Shown one piece after another: positions 38,806 through 48,194 of a DNA stretch of 56,283 nt (its first letter is position 1; every line of letters begins with the position of its first letter). Source of the stretch: a virus. Lineage: Duplodnaviria > Caudoviricetes. The translations under genes and the position numbers were made by a program. Location of the stretch: IMG/VR virus record IMGVR_UViG_3300038825_000737, positions 1 to 56,283 of that record; one strand, 5' to 3'. The notes below the pieces were generated by a model that saw only the letters and a program-made list of their open reading frames with translations, was not told where the DNA came from and did not search any database.

Positions 38806-40648
38806 AGAAGATAATAAAACTGTAGATAGTGGGTTTGTACCCGGTCGTGCTTTATCACAAGATCAATATACTTTTGGTAGACCTGATTTCTACAAAGATT
38901 ATCTTAGCTTGTCAGGTATTGATGTACGAGATCCTGTGGATGATGGTGATGACGATGACAATGATGATACATACACTGCACCACGAATTATACCTACAGA
39001 AGGTGGTGATAGTGAGCCAACAAACTTGTTATCAACACAACTTACAACTGGACTTAGAGGTGATGTAACTGGTACGTCAGGTAATTATTATGATGCAAAA
39101 GTAAAATCTGCAGACTTACAGTCTATGGATTTAACATCTAAGTCTTGGCAAGATTACAAAAAAGCAAGTGGTCTTGGAGACAAGTCGACCTTAACACGAG
39201 ATGCAAATATAACAGGTTTGGGTTTGGCTGTGGCAGGCACATCAGGTGCAATGATAGGTGGTGCGTTACTTGGAGAGGGTGTAAATACTCCGTGGGGTAT
39301 AGAAAATCCGGGTGCAGGTATGTTTACTGCAATAGGTAATTATGCCATATCAGAAAAGTACAATGCAACAAAAGAAGTTATTGCGGCCCAAGCAGCGTTT
39401 GCAGATCCTGATGGTAGTTTGGGTGTGGCAGGTGAAATATTTGCAGGACAAGATGTGGGTAACGCTTTTTACGTAGATGACACTTACTTAGTTAGACGAC
39501 CGGGAACTACACAGTATATTGGAACGTTACCTAGTGGTTTAAGTAATCAACAAGTTTTAAATCTTGAAGCAATAAGAAATAATAAATTACCCAAGTTAAA
39601 TGGTATCGGTGATGAAGATGGTTTTGGTGTTGGTGGAACAGGTGGTTACAAATTTAACGGTTTCTTTGTAGATGCCAATGGTCAAACATCTTTCTACGGT
39701 CCTCTTGCAGGAATAGAACAATTAGCTAAAAAAGACTTCAATGGTGATAAGAAAAAAGCAGAGCAATGGCTTACAGAGGTAAGAAGTTACAGAAACATGT
39801 TTGGTAGCACCATAACAAAAGAACAAGCACAAGCAATTAAAGATAGGTTGAACGCAGAGTCTGATGATATAACTACAACTACAACTACCACTGATGGTTT
39901 TAAGAAGGCAGGAGGTCCTCCGACTTCATACAGTCCTACTGCTAAAGTAAATATAACTCAAATTGATAGTTTTGACGATAATAGATTTAGTCCTCCTGAC
40001 TCACGTTTAGATCCTAAATTTAGTGACTTTGCTCCTACCATGACGGTTTTTGATTCTGATGATTATGATAGACCAGTAGATCAAGTATATGATACAGACA
40101 CAAGATTTTCTCCATCAATAGATGATACAGAGTTCACAGGAGTAACTAAAGGAAAAGCTCAAGAAGCTTTAAGAGAAGCTGCTGATCGTTCAAAAAGACA
40201 ACAAGAGCGAGAGAAAGCTGATGCCAAAGCAGCACAAACTTATAGCTTTAGTGATGACGATTATGAAGCTCCTGCAGTGCAAGCTGATGATGTGATGGGT
40301 CCGGGGTACGGAGCAGATGAAGATGATAGTGGTGGTAAAATAGTTTGTACCATGATGAACCAGTCATACGGCTTTGGATCATTTAGAAATGCAATTTGGT
40401 TGAAATATGCAAAAGACAACTTATCTGAAGAATACCAAAAAGGTTATCACAGAATATTTTTACCACTTGTTGCATACGCAAAAGGCACTGGCGTATCAAA
40501 CAAAATTGTTCGTAACACACTAGAACACATAGCTAAACACAGAACACTCGATCTACGACAGGAAATGAGAGGTGCAAAAAGACACACACTTGGCAGACTG
40601 TACAGGTCTGTTCTTGAGCCAATCTGTTACATTGTAGGAAAAGTATGA
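38798..40648 (+). CDS. Putative internal virion protein with a KIVCT-initiated C-terminal domain
   Basis: Acidic low-complexity body, then GGKIVCT...GYH...EPIC. Confidence 0.55.
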   Translation: MAEEDNKTVDSGFVPGRALSQDQYTFGRPDFYKDYLSLSGIDVRDPVDDGDDDDNDDTYTAPRIIPTEGGDSEPTNLLSTQLTTGLRGDVTGTSGNYYDAKVKSADLQSMDLTSKSWQDYKKASGLGDKSTLTRDANITGLGLAVAGTSGAMIGGALLGEGVNTPWGIENPGAGMFTAIGNYAISEKYNATKEVIAAQAAFADPDGSLGVAGEIFAGQDVGNAFYVDDTYLVRRPGTTQYIGTLPSGLSNQQVLNLEAIRNNKLPKLNGIGDEDGFGVGGTGGYKFNGFFVDANGQTSFYGPLAGIEQLAKKDFNGDKKKAEQWLTEVRSYRNMFGSTITKEQAQAIKDRLNAESDDITTTTTTTDGFKKAGGPPTSYSPTAKVNITQIDSFDDNRFSPPDSRLDPKFSDFAPTMTVFDSDDYDRPVDQVYDTDTRFSPSIDDTEFTGVTKGKAQEALREAADRSKRQQEREKADAKAAQTYSFSDDDYEAPAVQADDVMGPGYGADEDDSGGKIVCTMMNQSYGFGSFRNAIWLKYAKDNLSEEYQKGYHRIFLPLVAYAKGTGVSNKIVRNTLEHIAKHRTLDLRQEMRGAKRHTLGRLYRSVLEPICYIVGKV

Positions 40649-42141
40649 AACCTGAAGATATACAAAACTTACTAAAAGAAAGATACAGCAAAATGTCAGA
40701 GAATGATAAAGAAGTCATTCGTGATATGTATTACGGTGATGTATCAGGTCCTGTCCTTCGTAGGTTTATGGGTGGTGCTATAACAAATGGATTTAAATTA
40801 CGTAAACCAAAAAACATGAGATTAGGTTCTATGGTAGTCAAAGCACCAAGAGTAATTGGTGGTTATGATCCCAACGCAAAACCACAAGAAACAGTAGCTG
40901 ATGACAGACCATTTGAGGGTCAAGAGGGTGACTATATAATAAATGCTGCAGCAGTAGAATTTGCAGGAAAACAAGATATAGAAACAATGGTAGGCAAAGC
41001 TTTAACAAATTTACAAGAAAAAGGGGTTGACGTAGAGTTTGGAAACCCTAGAATAAGTATGAGAGACAAAGTAGATTTACTTTTATCAAAGAATGAAGTT
41101 TACATTCCAAAAGTTCTTGCAAAAGAAATAGGCTACGATAGATTAGAAAAGATAAACAATCGTGGTAAAAGACGAACACAAGAGATACAAAAACAAACAC
41201 AACAGAAAGCTTATCTAGGCGGCCCAGTTAAAATGGCAAGTGGTGACGGTGTTACCAAAGCAGGAGCAAGTTTACAAGATATACTGCGATACTTTGGAAT
41301 AGGTGGACAGGGGGATTTACCATCAGAAAAGTATACTCCTAGACCTAAAAAAGTAAAAAAAGATGGATTTATACCTAAACCACCAGTTATGCCAGAGGGT
41401 ATGCGTCAACAAAGAGACAAAGAAACTGAAATTTTACGGTTGACTGAAGGTGCTGTAAATTTATCTGAAGGTGAAATTAAAACTACAGGATATATACCAA
41501 AATATAAAAGTGGTAAGGTTATAGGAATAAGTGGTGTTACAATAGGAAGAGGTGTTGATTTAGGTCAACATAGTGCTGTTGATTTAAAAAGAGCAGGATT
41601 TACAAATGATTTAATAAAAAGATTTAAACCTTATCTTGGTTTGAAAAAAGAAGCTGCTCAAAAAGCTTTGAGTAAAAAGCCTTTAAATATTTCTTCAGAT
41701 GAAGCTAAATTCATAAGTGATCAAATGTTGCAATACAAAATTGATGAGTACAACAGAATATTTAAAAATTTAAAAGATGTTCCAGATCCTAAAGTAAAAG
41801 CTGTATTAGTTGCAGAACATTTTGCAGGAAGATTAGGCACAAAAGATTATAAAAAATTTAGACAAACTCTAGTAGACACAAATTATAATCTTGAGCAAGC
41901 CTATAGAGTGGGTGTTTTTGAAAATCCTAAAATAAAAGGAAGTGTATACAAGAACGCAGCGGAAAATTTATTAACGTGGTTTAACGAAGGCAGATCTAAT
42001 ATAGTTGAAAAACCTTTTCCAAAACCACCACAAGTTGAAACAAAAACAAAGAAAAAAGCATTACCTAAACCTAAACCAGAAGGTTTTATTAAACAAGATT
42101 CTTACGGAAACCCAATGATAGATCAGGGTTTCAGAGCGTAG
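40645..42141 (+). CDS. Virion-associated peptidoglycan hydrolase (pesticin C-terminal/T4-lysozyme-like domain)
   Basis: EG....GYIP...SGVTIGRGVDLGQ...PYLGLK; two EG(D/E)Y(I/V)I-type repeats in the N-terminal part. Confidence 0.7.
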   Translation: MKPEDIQNLLKERYSKMSENDKEVIRDMYYGDVSGPVLRRFMGGAITNGFKLRKPKNMRLGSMVVKAPRVIGGYDPNAKPQETVADDRPFEGQEGDYIINAAAVEFAGKQDIETMVGKALTNLQEKGVDVEFGNPRISMRDKVDLLLSKNEVYIPKVLAKEIGYDRLEKINNRGKRRTQEIQKQTQQKAYLGGPVKMASGDGVTKAGASLQDILRYFGIGGQGDLPSEKYTPRPKKVKKDGFIPKPPVMPEGMRQQRDKETEILRLTEGAVNLSEGEIKTTGYIPKYKSGKVIGISGVTIGRGVDLGQHSAVDLKRAGFTNDLIKRFKPYLGLKKEAAQKALSKKPLNISSDEAKFISDQMLQYKIDEYNRIFKNLKDVPDPKVKAVLVAEHFAGRLGTKDYKKFRQTLVDTNYNLEQAYRVGVFENPKIKGSVYKNAAENLLTWFNEGRSNIVEKPFPKPPQVETKTKKKALPKPKPEGFIKQDSYGNPMIDQGFRA

Positions 42142-42150
42142 AGAAGATTA

Positions 42151-42213
42151 GTCAGCTACCCACATGTGTGGCCCTGACAAACCGAAGCAGCTACCCACAG
42201 CCAGTGGCACTGC
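42151..42213 (+). promoter_or_regulatory. Tandem structured RNA element in the scaffold gene leader
   Basis: Two hairpins sharing CAGCTACCCAC...GTGGC(C/A)CTG, just before the GAGG RBS. Confidence 0.65.
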
Positions 42214-42231
42214 AATATGAGGTAAAAAACT

Positions 42232-43137
42232 ATGGCAACACAAGTAAAGGGCGTAAGAGCCAACAAACCAAACGATTCATTTGGAGTAACAAATAACAAA
42301 AATCTTTATCGTGGTAAGTACCGTGACGATGTGTACAATGATGATGAAGAGCAAGTAGAAGAAACTCAAGACCCCACAGAAGAAGTGGCTACTCAAGAGA
42401 ATAACACTTCAGGCGACAGTTTTGTAGAAGCAAAACAACAAGAAGATCACGACTACAAAAAACGTTATGATGACTTAAAAAAACATTATGACACAAAACT
42501 CAACGAGTTTAAAAGTGAGCGTGAACAACTTGCAAGCGAATTAGAAGCTGTAAAACAAAGGGCATACGAATTGCCTAGAGGTACTAGACCTCCAAAAACT
42601 ATGGAAGAACTTGAAGATTTTAAAGAGAGATATCCTGATGTTTTTGAAGTTGTACAAACAGTCTCTAGTGTTCAAACTGAAGCACAAATTGCAAAGTTAA
42701 GACAGGATTTAGAAACTGTAAAGAAAAGAGAAAAAACTTTAGAAAAAGAAAAAGCTTCTGAAGAACTTCTCAGATTACATCCAGATTTCAACGATCTTAA
42801 ATCAAATGAAAAGTTTTTAAAGTGGCTAGATGATCAGCCTGAACAAATTAGCGATGGTATATATAAGAACAATACTGATGCTAAATGGGCAAGCAAGATA
42901 ATATCCCTTTACAAAGCAGAGATGGGAATCTCTAACAAGAAGCCTACTAGGTCAAAAGAATCTGACGCTGCCATGTCTGTAACAAGACAACAACCTAAAG
43001 AAGTCGCAACAAAAGATTCTACTAAAAAGATTTGGAAGGGTTCTGACATCGCCAGACTTAAACCGTGGGAGTTCGAGAAGGTGGAAGCCGAAATCGACTT
43101 AGCACGGCAAGAAGGGCGAATTGATATGAACAGCTAA
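42232..43137 (+). CDS. Capsid scaffolding protein
   Basis: Before the MCP; YKKRYDDLKKH coiled coil, LHPDF, C-terminal ARQEGRI. Confidence 0.8.
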   Translation: MATQVKGVRANKPNDSFGVTNNKNLYRGKYRDDVYNDDEEQVEETQDPTEEVATQENNTSGDSFVEAKQQEDHDYKKRYDDLKKHYDTKLNEFKSEREQLASELEAVKQRAYELPRGTRPPKTMEELEDFKERYPDVFEVVQTVSSVQTEAQIAKLRQDLETVKKREKTLEKEKASEELLRLHPDFNDLKSNEKFLKWLDDQPEQISDGIYKNNTDAKWASKIISLYKAEMGISNKKPTRSKESDAAMSVTRQQPKEVATKDSTKKIWKGSDIARLKPWEFEKVEAEIDLARQEGRIDMNS

Positions 43138-43160
43138 AACCTCAAAAAAGGAGAGAGAAA

Positions 43161-44138
43161 ATGGCTTTCGGAACTGCTGCAGGATACGGAAATTTACCTT
43201 CTGGTAATTTCGCTCCTCAGATATTTAGCCAAAAAGTTCTCAAATTCTTCAGACGTGCTTCGGTTGCAGAAGATATTACGAATACTGATTACACAGGAGA
43301 AATTGAAAACTTTGGTGACACTGTGAATATTATCAAAGAACCAACAGTAACTGTATCCAGTTATACAAGAGGTTCTGTGGTAAACACTCAAAACTTGGCT
43401 GACGATCAAATTACATTGACCGTTGACCAAGCAAACGCATTTGCATTTAAAATCGATGACATCGAAGAGAGACACTCTCATGTCAACTTTGAAGCATTAG
43501 CAACTTCATCAGGTGCTTTTTCTTTGAAGAGAAAATACGATGCAAACGTGTTACAAACTTTATCAGACGGTGCAGGTATTGCAGGTGCTGATGATGCAAG
43601 TTTATCAGGTGGTCTAACAACTACTAACTCAGCTTTAGGTACAGCATCTGCTCCTATTAACGTAGAGACAGATGACGCAGGTATCAACCTCATGCTATTA
43701 ATGGCAAGAGTGCTTGACGATCAGTCTGTACCAGAAGAGAATAGATGGTTTGTTGCACCTCCAATCTTCTACGAGAAGATGTTTCAAGCAGGTAATAAGA
43801 TTGCAGAAGTACAGGTAACTGGCGATGCTTCTTCTAACCTAAGAAACGGACTTGCAACTCCGGGTACACTTGCAGGCTTTACATGCTACAAGTCTACAGC
43901 TTTAAACAGCACAGGTGGAACTGACCAAGTAACATTATCAGGTGTCGCAACAGATGCTTCTGAAAATATTATTATGGCAGGTCACATTTCTGCTGCGGCT
44001 ACAGCGTCTCACATCGCAAAGACCGAAGTGGTACGTTCAACTGAATCATTCTCTGACGTTGTTAGAGGACTACATGTTTTTGGTAGAAAAGTTCTTAGAC
44101 CAGAAGCATTAGTTCGTGGCGTCATTGACTTCGCTTAA
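43161..44138 (+). CDS. Major capsid protein
   Basis: 325 aa; GEI...GDTVNI, LTVDQ, VRGLHVFGRKVLRPEAL. Confidence 0.92.
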   Translation: MAFGTAAGYGNLPSGNFAPQIFSQKVLKFFRRASVAEDITNTDYTGEIENFGDTVNIIKEPTVTVSSYTRGSVVNTQNLADDQITLTVDQANAFAFKIDDIEERHSHVNFEALATSSGAFSLKRKYDANVLQTLSDGAGIAGADDASLSGGLTTTNSALGTASAPINVETDDAGINLMLLMARVLDDQSVPEENRWFVAPPIFYEKMFQAGNKIAEVQVTGDASSNLRNGLATPGTLAGFTCYKSTALNSTGGTDQVTLSGVATDASENIIMAGHISAAATASHIAKTEVVRSTESFSDVVRGLHVFGRKVLRPEALVRGVIDFA

Positions 44139-44153
44139 TAGGGGGAATAAACT

Positions 44154-44627
44154 ATGGCTACATATGATTTAACTCCTAATGGAGGAACTGCAGGTCATCC
44201 GGGTAATGTCGCAAGACCTTACGTGATGACTTCAAAAGTTCATGACACTGCAGATGGTGGTGCAGGAGGAGACGTCATTCAGTTGATTGATGTTCCTGCT
44301 GATACTATGATCGTTGCAGGTGTTCTCGAAGTTTTAGAAGCTAGAGGTAACACGCAGATTACTATGGATATAGGTATCACAGGTGGTGATGTAGACTGTT
44401 TTGTTGACGGTTCTACATTAGCTGCAGGTTTTACACCATTCTTAGAAGCTGCGACAGGTGCTTCAGGTTCTAATGCTAGAGTATTAACTTCAGCAGACAC
44501 AATCGATGCGTTAATCATCGATGGTGGATCATCAGGTGAAAGTGCTGCCAGATTTAGAATACACGTTGTTCTAGCTGACATATCTGTAAACCCTGTTGAA
44601 ACTGCTACAGTTTCTACTGGAACTTAA
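44154..44627 (+). CDS. Putative capsid decoration/minor capsid protein
   Basis: Co-transcribed with the MCP before a terminator; beta-rich. Confidence 0.55.
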   Translation: MATYDLTPNGGTAGHPGNVARPYVMTSKVHDTADGGAGGDVIQLIDVPADTMIVAGVLEVLEARGNTQITMDIGITGGDVDCFVDGSTLAAGFTPFLEAATGASGSNARVLTSADTIDALIIDGGSSGESAARFRIHVVLADISVNPVETATVSTGT

Positions 44628-44639
44628 AAAAAATAGATT

Positions 44640-44660
44640 GGGGTGGGCAACCACCCCTTT
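44640..44660 (+). terminator. Intrinsic terminator after the capsid genes
   Basis: GGGGTGG-GCAA-CCACCCC-TTT. Confidence 0.7.
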
Positions 44661-44701
44661 CATATCTTATAGGGGAAGATTTTTAATGATAAAGGCGAGC
44701 A

Positions 44702-45331
44702 ATGTTATTACAAATACTAACCAAACAAGATGTGGACAAGTGTTTAAAACTTTGTCCAAAGATGGAAGATGGTAATAAGACACAACCATTAGAAAGTGTT
44801 AAGAAGAATACAGAGTCAGTAAAAGTTGCAGATGAGGTAAGAAATCTTGTAGCTTCACGAATTGTTAATAATCCATTTGTTGACTCAGTAATATGTCCTA
44901 ACCGTGTATCAGTAAACTTTTACAATAACTACACAGAAGGTGACTATTACAACAAGCACATAGATAGTTTTAAGGCAGAACCTAAAATGAATCATGTGTA
45001 TTTTGATTATGGTTTTACAGTCTGTTTATCAGACGACTACGAAGGTGGAGAGTTTGTACTTGACAATGAAATAGGTGAAATACCTTTTAAATTAAAATCA
45101 GGTCAAGTTTTATTCTTTCCAATTATATACCCTCACAGTGTTAACAAAGTAACAAAGGGATCACGAAAAGCATTGATAGGTTGGTTATCTACCAATGTTA
45201 GTTACGAACAAAGTTTTGTGTTGCGTAACTTGTATGAAGTAAACGCTCATGCAATAAACAACAAACAACACAATTTAGCTGTTAAGTCTACACTCGTACA
45301 AAATTATTTAAAGAAACAGTGGGGTAGATAA
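44702..45331 (+). CDS. 2OG-Fe(II) oxygenase (PKHD/prolyl-4-hydroxylase-like)
   Basis: HID, DYEGGEF, H.V..V..G.R motifs. Confidence 0.88.
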   Translation: MLLQILTKQDVDKCLKLCPKMEDGNKTQPLESVKKNTESVKVADEVRNLVASRIVNNPFVDSVICPNRVSVNFYNNYTEGDYYNKHIDSFKAEPKMNHVYFDYGFTVCLSDDYEGGEFVLDNEIGEIPFKLKSGQVLFFPIIYPHSVNKVTKGSRKALIGWLSTNVSYEQSFVLRNLYEVNAHAINNKQHNLAVKSTLVQNYLKKQWGR

Positions 45332-45332
45332 A

Positions 45333-46013
45333 ATGGCATATTTGATAAGTAACATACCACATTTTAAATGTTGGGTAAGAAAAGAGTTTACACACAATCA
45401 CCAAATGTATCATGGTGAATATTTACACGGACTAGCAATAGCCGTAAACACAGTGCCAGACAGATGTCTAAGTTTTCAAGTTGTATTTACAGGATGTGAA
45501 AGTGATGACGATGAAAACGAACCGAACGTACACGGTGGTGCAATGTGGGCAAGGATGCCAATAACAGCACTCGTTGCTGATATACCGTACGAAGAGTGGC
45601 CGCAGAAAATGCCAACGCATTTAGCTCAGCCGTGGGATTGTAGCTCACATCATCACTCGATAGTGCGATTAGATAGAGTTAGTTCATCTCCGTGGATTTG
45701 CAAGATAGACGGAGAGTTTCATAAAGGACAATATCTATTTACTGTAGATTATACCGAAAGTGACATAGCAGATGATCCTGCACAACACAAACAAAGTCAC
45801 GTATTGCAGTTGATAGACGCAGGAGATTGGACAGGCAACATCGTTGCTTTGCCAAACAACAGAGTAAGGGCAACAAGTCCTGCACTTTGGGAGACTGGGG
45901 AAGGTCCACCAGACTTTAGACCGAGCCAGTATATACACAATGCAGAAATTCACGAAACTTATCTTGATCCTGCAATAACATTTGATAATTTATATTCGGA
46001 GGATGACGAATGA
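45333..46013 (+). CDS. Conserved hypothetical phage protein
   Basis: GGAMWARMP, QPWDC, HKQSH, PNNR motifs. Confidence 0.65.
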   Translation: MAYLISNIPHFKCWVRKEFTHNHQMYHGEYLHGLAIAVNTVPDRCLSFQVVFTGCESDDDENEPNVHGGAMWARMPITALVADIPYEEWPQKMPTHLAQPWDCSSHHHSIVRLDRVSSSPWICKIDGEFHKGQYLFTVDYTESDIADDPAQHKQSHVLQLIDAGDWTGNIVALPNNRVRATSPALWETGEGPPDFRPSQYIHNAEIHETYLDPAITFDNLYSEDDE

Positions 46014-46231
46014 AAAAGAAAAAAATGATGAAAGGTGGCGGCAAAACTAAAAAGTATATGGCTAAAGGTGGTGCTGCAGGTGGCATGAAAAAGAAGAAAA
46101 TGATGAATGGTGGTGCTGTTGCCAAGAAAAAGAAGATGATGGGTGGTGGAGCTGCTATGAAAAAGAAGAAAATGATGGCAGGTGGTGGCAAAACCAAAAA
46201 GTACATGGCTCGTGGTGGTAAGGCTAGATAG
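46010..46231 (+). CDS. Lys/Met/Gly-rich repeat protein
   Basis: KKKMMxGG and KKYMAxGG repeats; GGAGG RBS. Confidence 0.65.
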   Translation: MKKKKMMKGGGKTKKYMAKGGAAGGMKKKKMMNGGAVAKKKKMMGGGAAMKKKKMMAGGGKTKKYMARGGKAR

Positions 46232-46233
46232 TC

Positions 46234-46524
46234 ATGACCAAGAAACGTGGGAGCATGAAAGGCTACACCATAAAGAGTGGTGACAAACGCCCTACCAAAA
46301 AGGGTGCAGGCATGACTGCTAAAGGTGTTGCCAAATATCGCAGAGAAAACCCCGGCAGTAAACTCAAGACTGCTGTAACTGGCAGGGTAAAGCCGGGGAG
46401 CAAAGATGCAAAGAGACGTAAGTCCTTTTGTGCTAGATCTGCAGGTCAAATGAAAAAGTTCCCCAAAGCAGCCAAGAACCCAAACAGTAGATTGCGACAA
46501 GCAAGGAGACGATGGAAATGTTAG
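46234..46524 (+). CDS. Small basic phage protein
   Basis: GMTAKGV...NPGSKL...RRKSFCAR...WKC. Confidence 0.7.
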   Translation: MTKKRGSMKGYTIKSGDKRPTKKGAGMTAKGVAKYRRENPGSKLKTAVTGRVKPGSKDAKRRKSFCARSAGQMKKFPKAAKNPNSRLRQARRRWKC

Positions 46525-46624
46525 CTTCAATAAACTTTTGTATGTTTAAGATATTAAACAAAATAAGTAACAAATTCTATACAAACTATGTAAAACAACT
46601 GCATAAGTCTCAAGGGAGGTTTTA

Positions 46625-47020
46625 GTGTTTACTGCTCTCATAGGTCCTATAGCAAATCTAGCAGGCACTTGGTTTGAAAACAAACTTGCGAAAACTAAAG
46701 CAGACGGAGAAGCAAAGGTTGCAGAAGCTAAAGCTCGTGCGACTGTTGCAGAGAAAGTCGCAGCAGGTGAAGTTGCATGGGAAGGTAAGATGGCAGATGC
46801 TACGGTGGATTCTTGGAAAGACGAATTTGCGTTAGTTGTATTACTTGCTCCTGCTATACTTGTGTTCATTCCCGGAATGAGAGAATATGTACAAAGTGGC
46901 TTTGAGGTTCTTGCCACGTTACCTGATTGGTATCAGTATCTATTATATATAGCTATATCTGCATCGTTTGGCATAAAAGGTGTAGGTCAAGCAGCAAAAA
47001 TGTTAAAAAAAGGAAAGTAA
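46625..47020 (+). CDS. Putative holin
   Basis: GGAGG RBS; SWKDE followed by TM segments; near the endolysin. Confidence 0.65.
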   Translation: MFTALIGPIANLAGTWFENKLAKTKADGEAKVAEAKARATVAEKVAAGEVAWEGKMADATVDSWKDEFALVVLLAPAILVFIPGMREYVQSGFEVLATLPDWYQYLLYIAISASFGIKGVGQAAKMLKKGK

Positions 47021-47021
47021 C

Positions 47022-47192
47022 ATGGCAGCAAAAAAGAAACCAACTAAAAAGAAAAGTGGCTCAAAGCCAAAGAACCCAAAGCTTTACGCTTCAGTAAAAG
47101 CTGCGGCCAAGAAGAAATTCAAGGTATATCCATCAGCATATGCAAATGCTTGGCTTGTGCGTGAGTATAAGAAACGTGGTGGCACTTACTAA
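47022..47192 (+). CDS. Small basic protein, 56 aa (not in ORF track)
   Basis: KFKVYPSAYAN...YKKRGG.Y; TAATG coupling. Confidence 0.7.
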   Translation: MAAKKKPTKKKSGSKPKNPKLYASVKAAAKKKFKVYPSAYANAWLVREYKKRGGTY

Positions 47193-47458
47193 TGAGTTTA
47201 ACCAAGTGGTTTAAAGAGGACTGGCGTGATGTCAAGACTGGCAAGAAGTGTGGTCGATCTGGCAAAGAAAAGAAAACACGCCCATACCCTGCGTGTAGAC
47301 CCAAAGCCGTTGCAGGTAAGATAAGTAAACAAGAAGCAAAGAAAAAGACAGGTCCCAAAGCTGTTAAGTGGTCTGTTACGGCATCAGGTAGAAGAAGAAA
47401 GAAAGTTGCAGAAGGTGGCATGATCCACAGAGGTAGAAGAGCAGAATATGAAGTATGA
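47192..47458 (+). CDS. Small basic phage protein
   Basis: LTKWFKEDW.DVKTGKKCGR...YPACRP. Confidence 0.7.
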   Translation: MSLTKWFKEDWRDVKTGKKCGRSGKEKKTRPYPACRPKAVAGKISKQEAKKKTGPKAVKWSVTASGRRRKKVAEGGMIHRGRRAEYEV

Positions 47459-47939
47459 GTTAAGTGAATTTGTGAAGATGGTTGCCAAGCATGAGGGTAT
47501 GGTGCTTGAACCTTACAAAGATAGTTTAGGCATAAGCACGATTGGCATCGGAAGAAATCTTGAAGATCGTGGTATCACAGATACCGAGTTAGACTACATA
47601 GGTAAGACACTTGAAGATATTTTAGAGGTAGGTCTTACTGAAGAAGAAGCTTATTATCTTTGCATGAACGACATAGCTATTGTAGAAAAAGAATTACTTG
47701 AAAGAAAACCTATTGTAAACCAACTTGACAAAGTGCGACAAATGTGTCTCGTAGATATGGGATTTAATATGGGTGTTCCTCGTCTTATGAAATTTGTTAA
47801 GATGTGGGGAGCTATCGAGGTGGGTGATTTCTACGAAGCAAGCGAACAGATGCTTGACTCACGTTGGGCAAGACAAGTTGGTAAACGTAGTAAACATTTA
47901 GCAGAGATGATGAGGGCAGGCTATGAGTGGACAGGATAA
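47448..47939 (+). CDS. Endolysin (GH24/T4-like lysozyme)
   Basis: HEG....PYKDSLG..TIGIGRN, MGFNMG, LDSRWARQV. Confidence 0.9.
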   Translation: MKYELSEFVKMVAKHEGMVLEPYKDSLGISTIGIGRNLEDRGITDTELDYIGKTLEDILEVGLTEEEAYYLCMNDIAIVEKELLERKPIVNQLDKVRQMCLVDMGFNMGVPRLMKFVKMWGAIEVGDFYEASEQMLDSRWARQVGKRSKHLAEMMRAGYEWTG

Positions 47940-48072
47940 GAAGCGATGCGAAACTTGCGAATGTTACGAGTGCGACTGCGAGGATTGCTCTTGCGATTGC
48001 CATCATAATGATAGAGTTTCTACTGATCTTCATGATAGACGACAGGATAGTGAATCAGACACAAAGGTTTAA
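47923..48072 (+). CDS. Cys-rich metallothionein-like peptide, 49 aa (not in ORF track)
   Basis: CETCECYECDCEDCSCDCHH; purine-rich RBS; overlaps the endolysin stop. Confidence 0.55.
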   Translation: MSGQDKKRCETCECYECDCEDCSCDCHHNDRVSTDLHDRRQDSESDTKV

Positions 48073-48184
48073 AAGTGTCGATGATTGTTTGTATTTTGCA
48101 GAACGTCTAACTAGACAACCTGCAATACCACACGAGGATGGAAACAAAAAGATAACAGCATATTGTAAACCAATAAACAGGTAA
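48008..48184 (+). CDS. Hypothetical protein
   Basis: Likely start MIEFLLIF; F.SVDDC...AYCKP. Confidence 0.5.
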   Translation: MIEFLLIFMIDDRIVNQTQRFKSVDDCLYFAERLTRQPAIPHEDGNKKITAYCKPINR

Positions 48185-48194
48185 GGGGAATACC

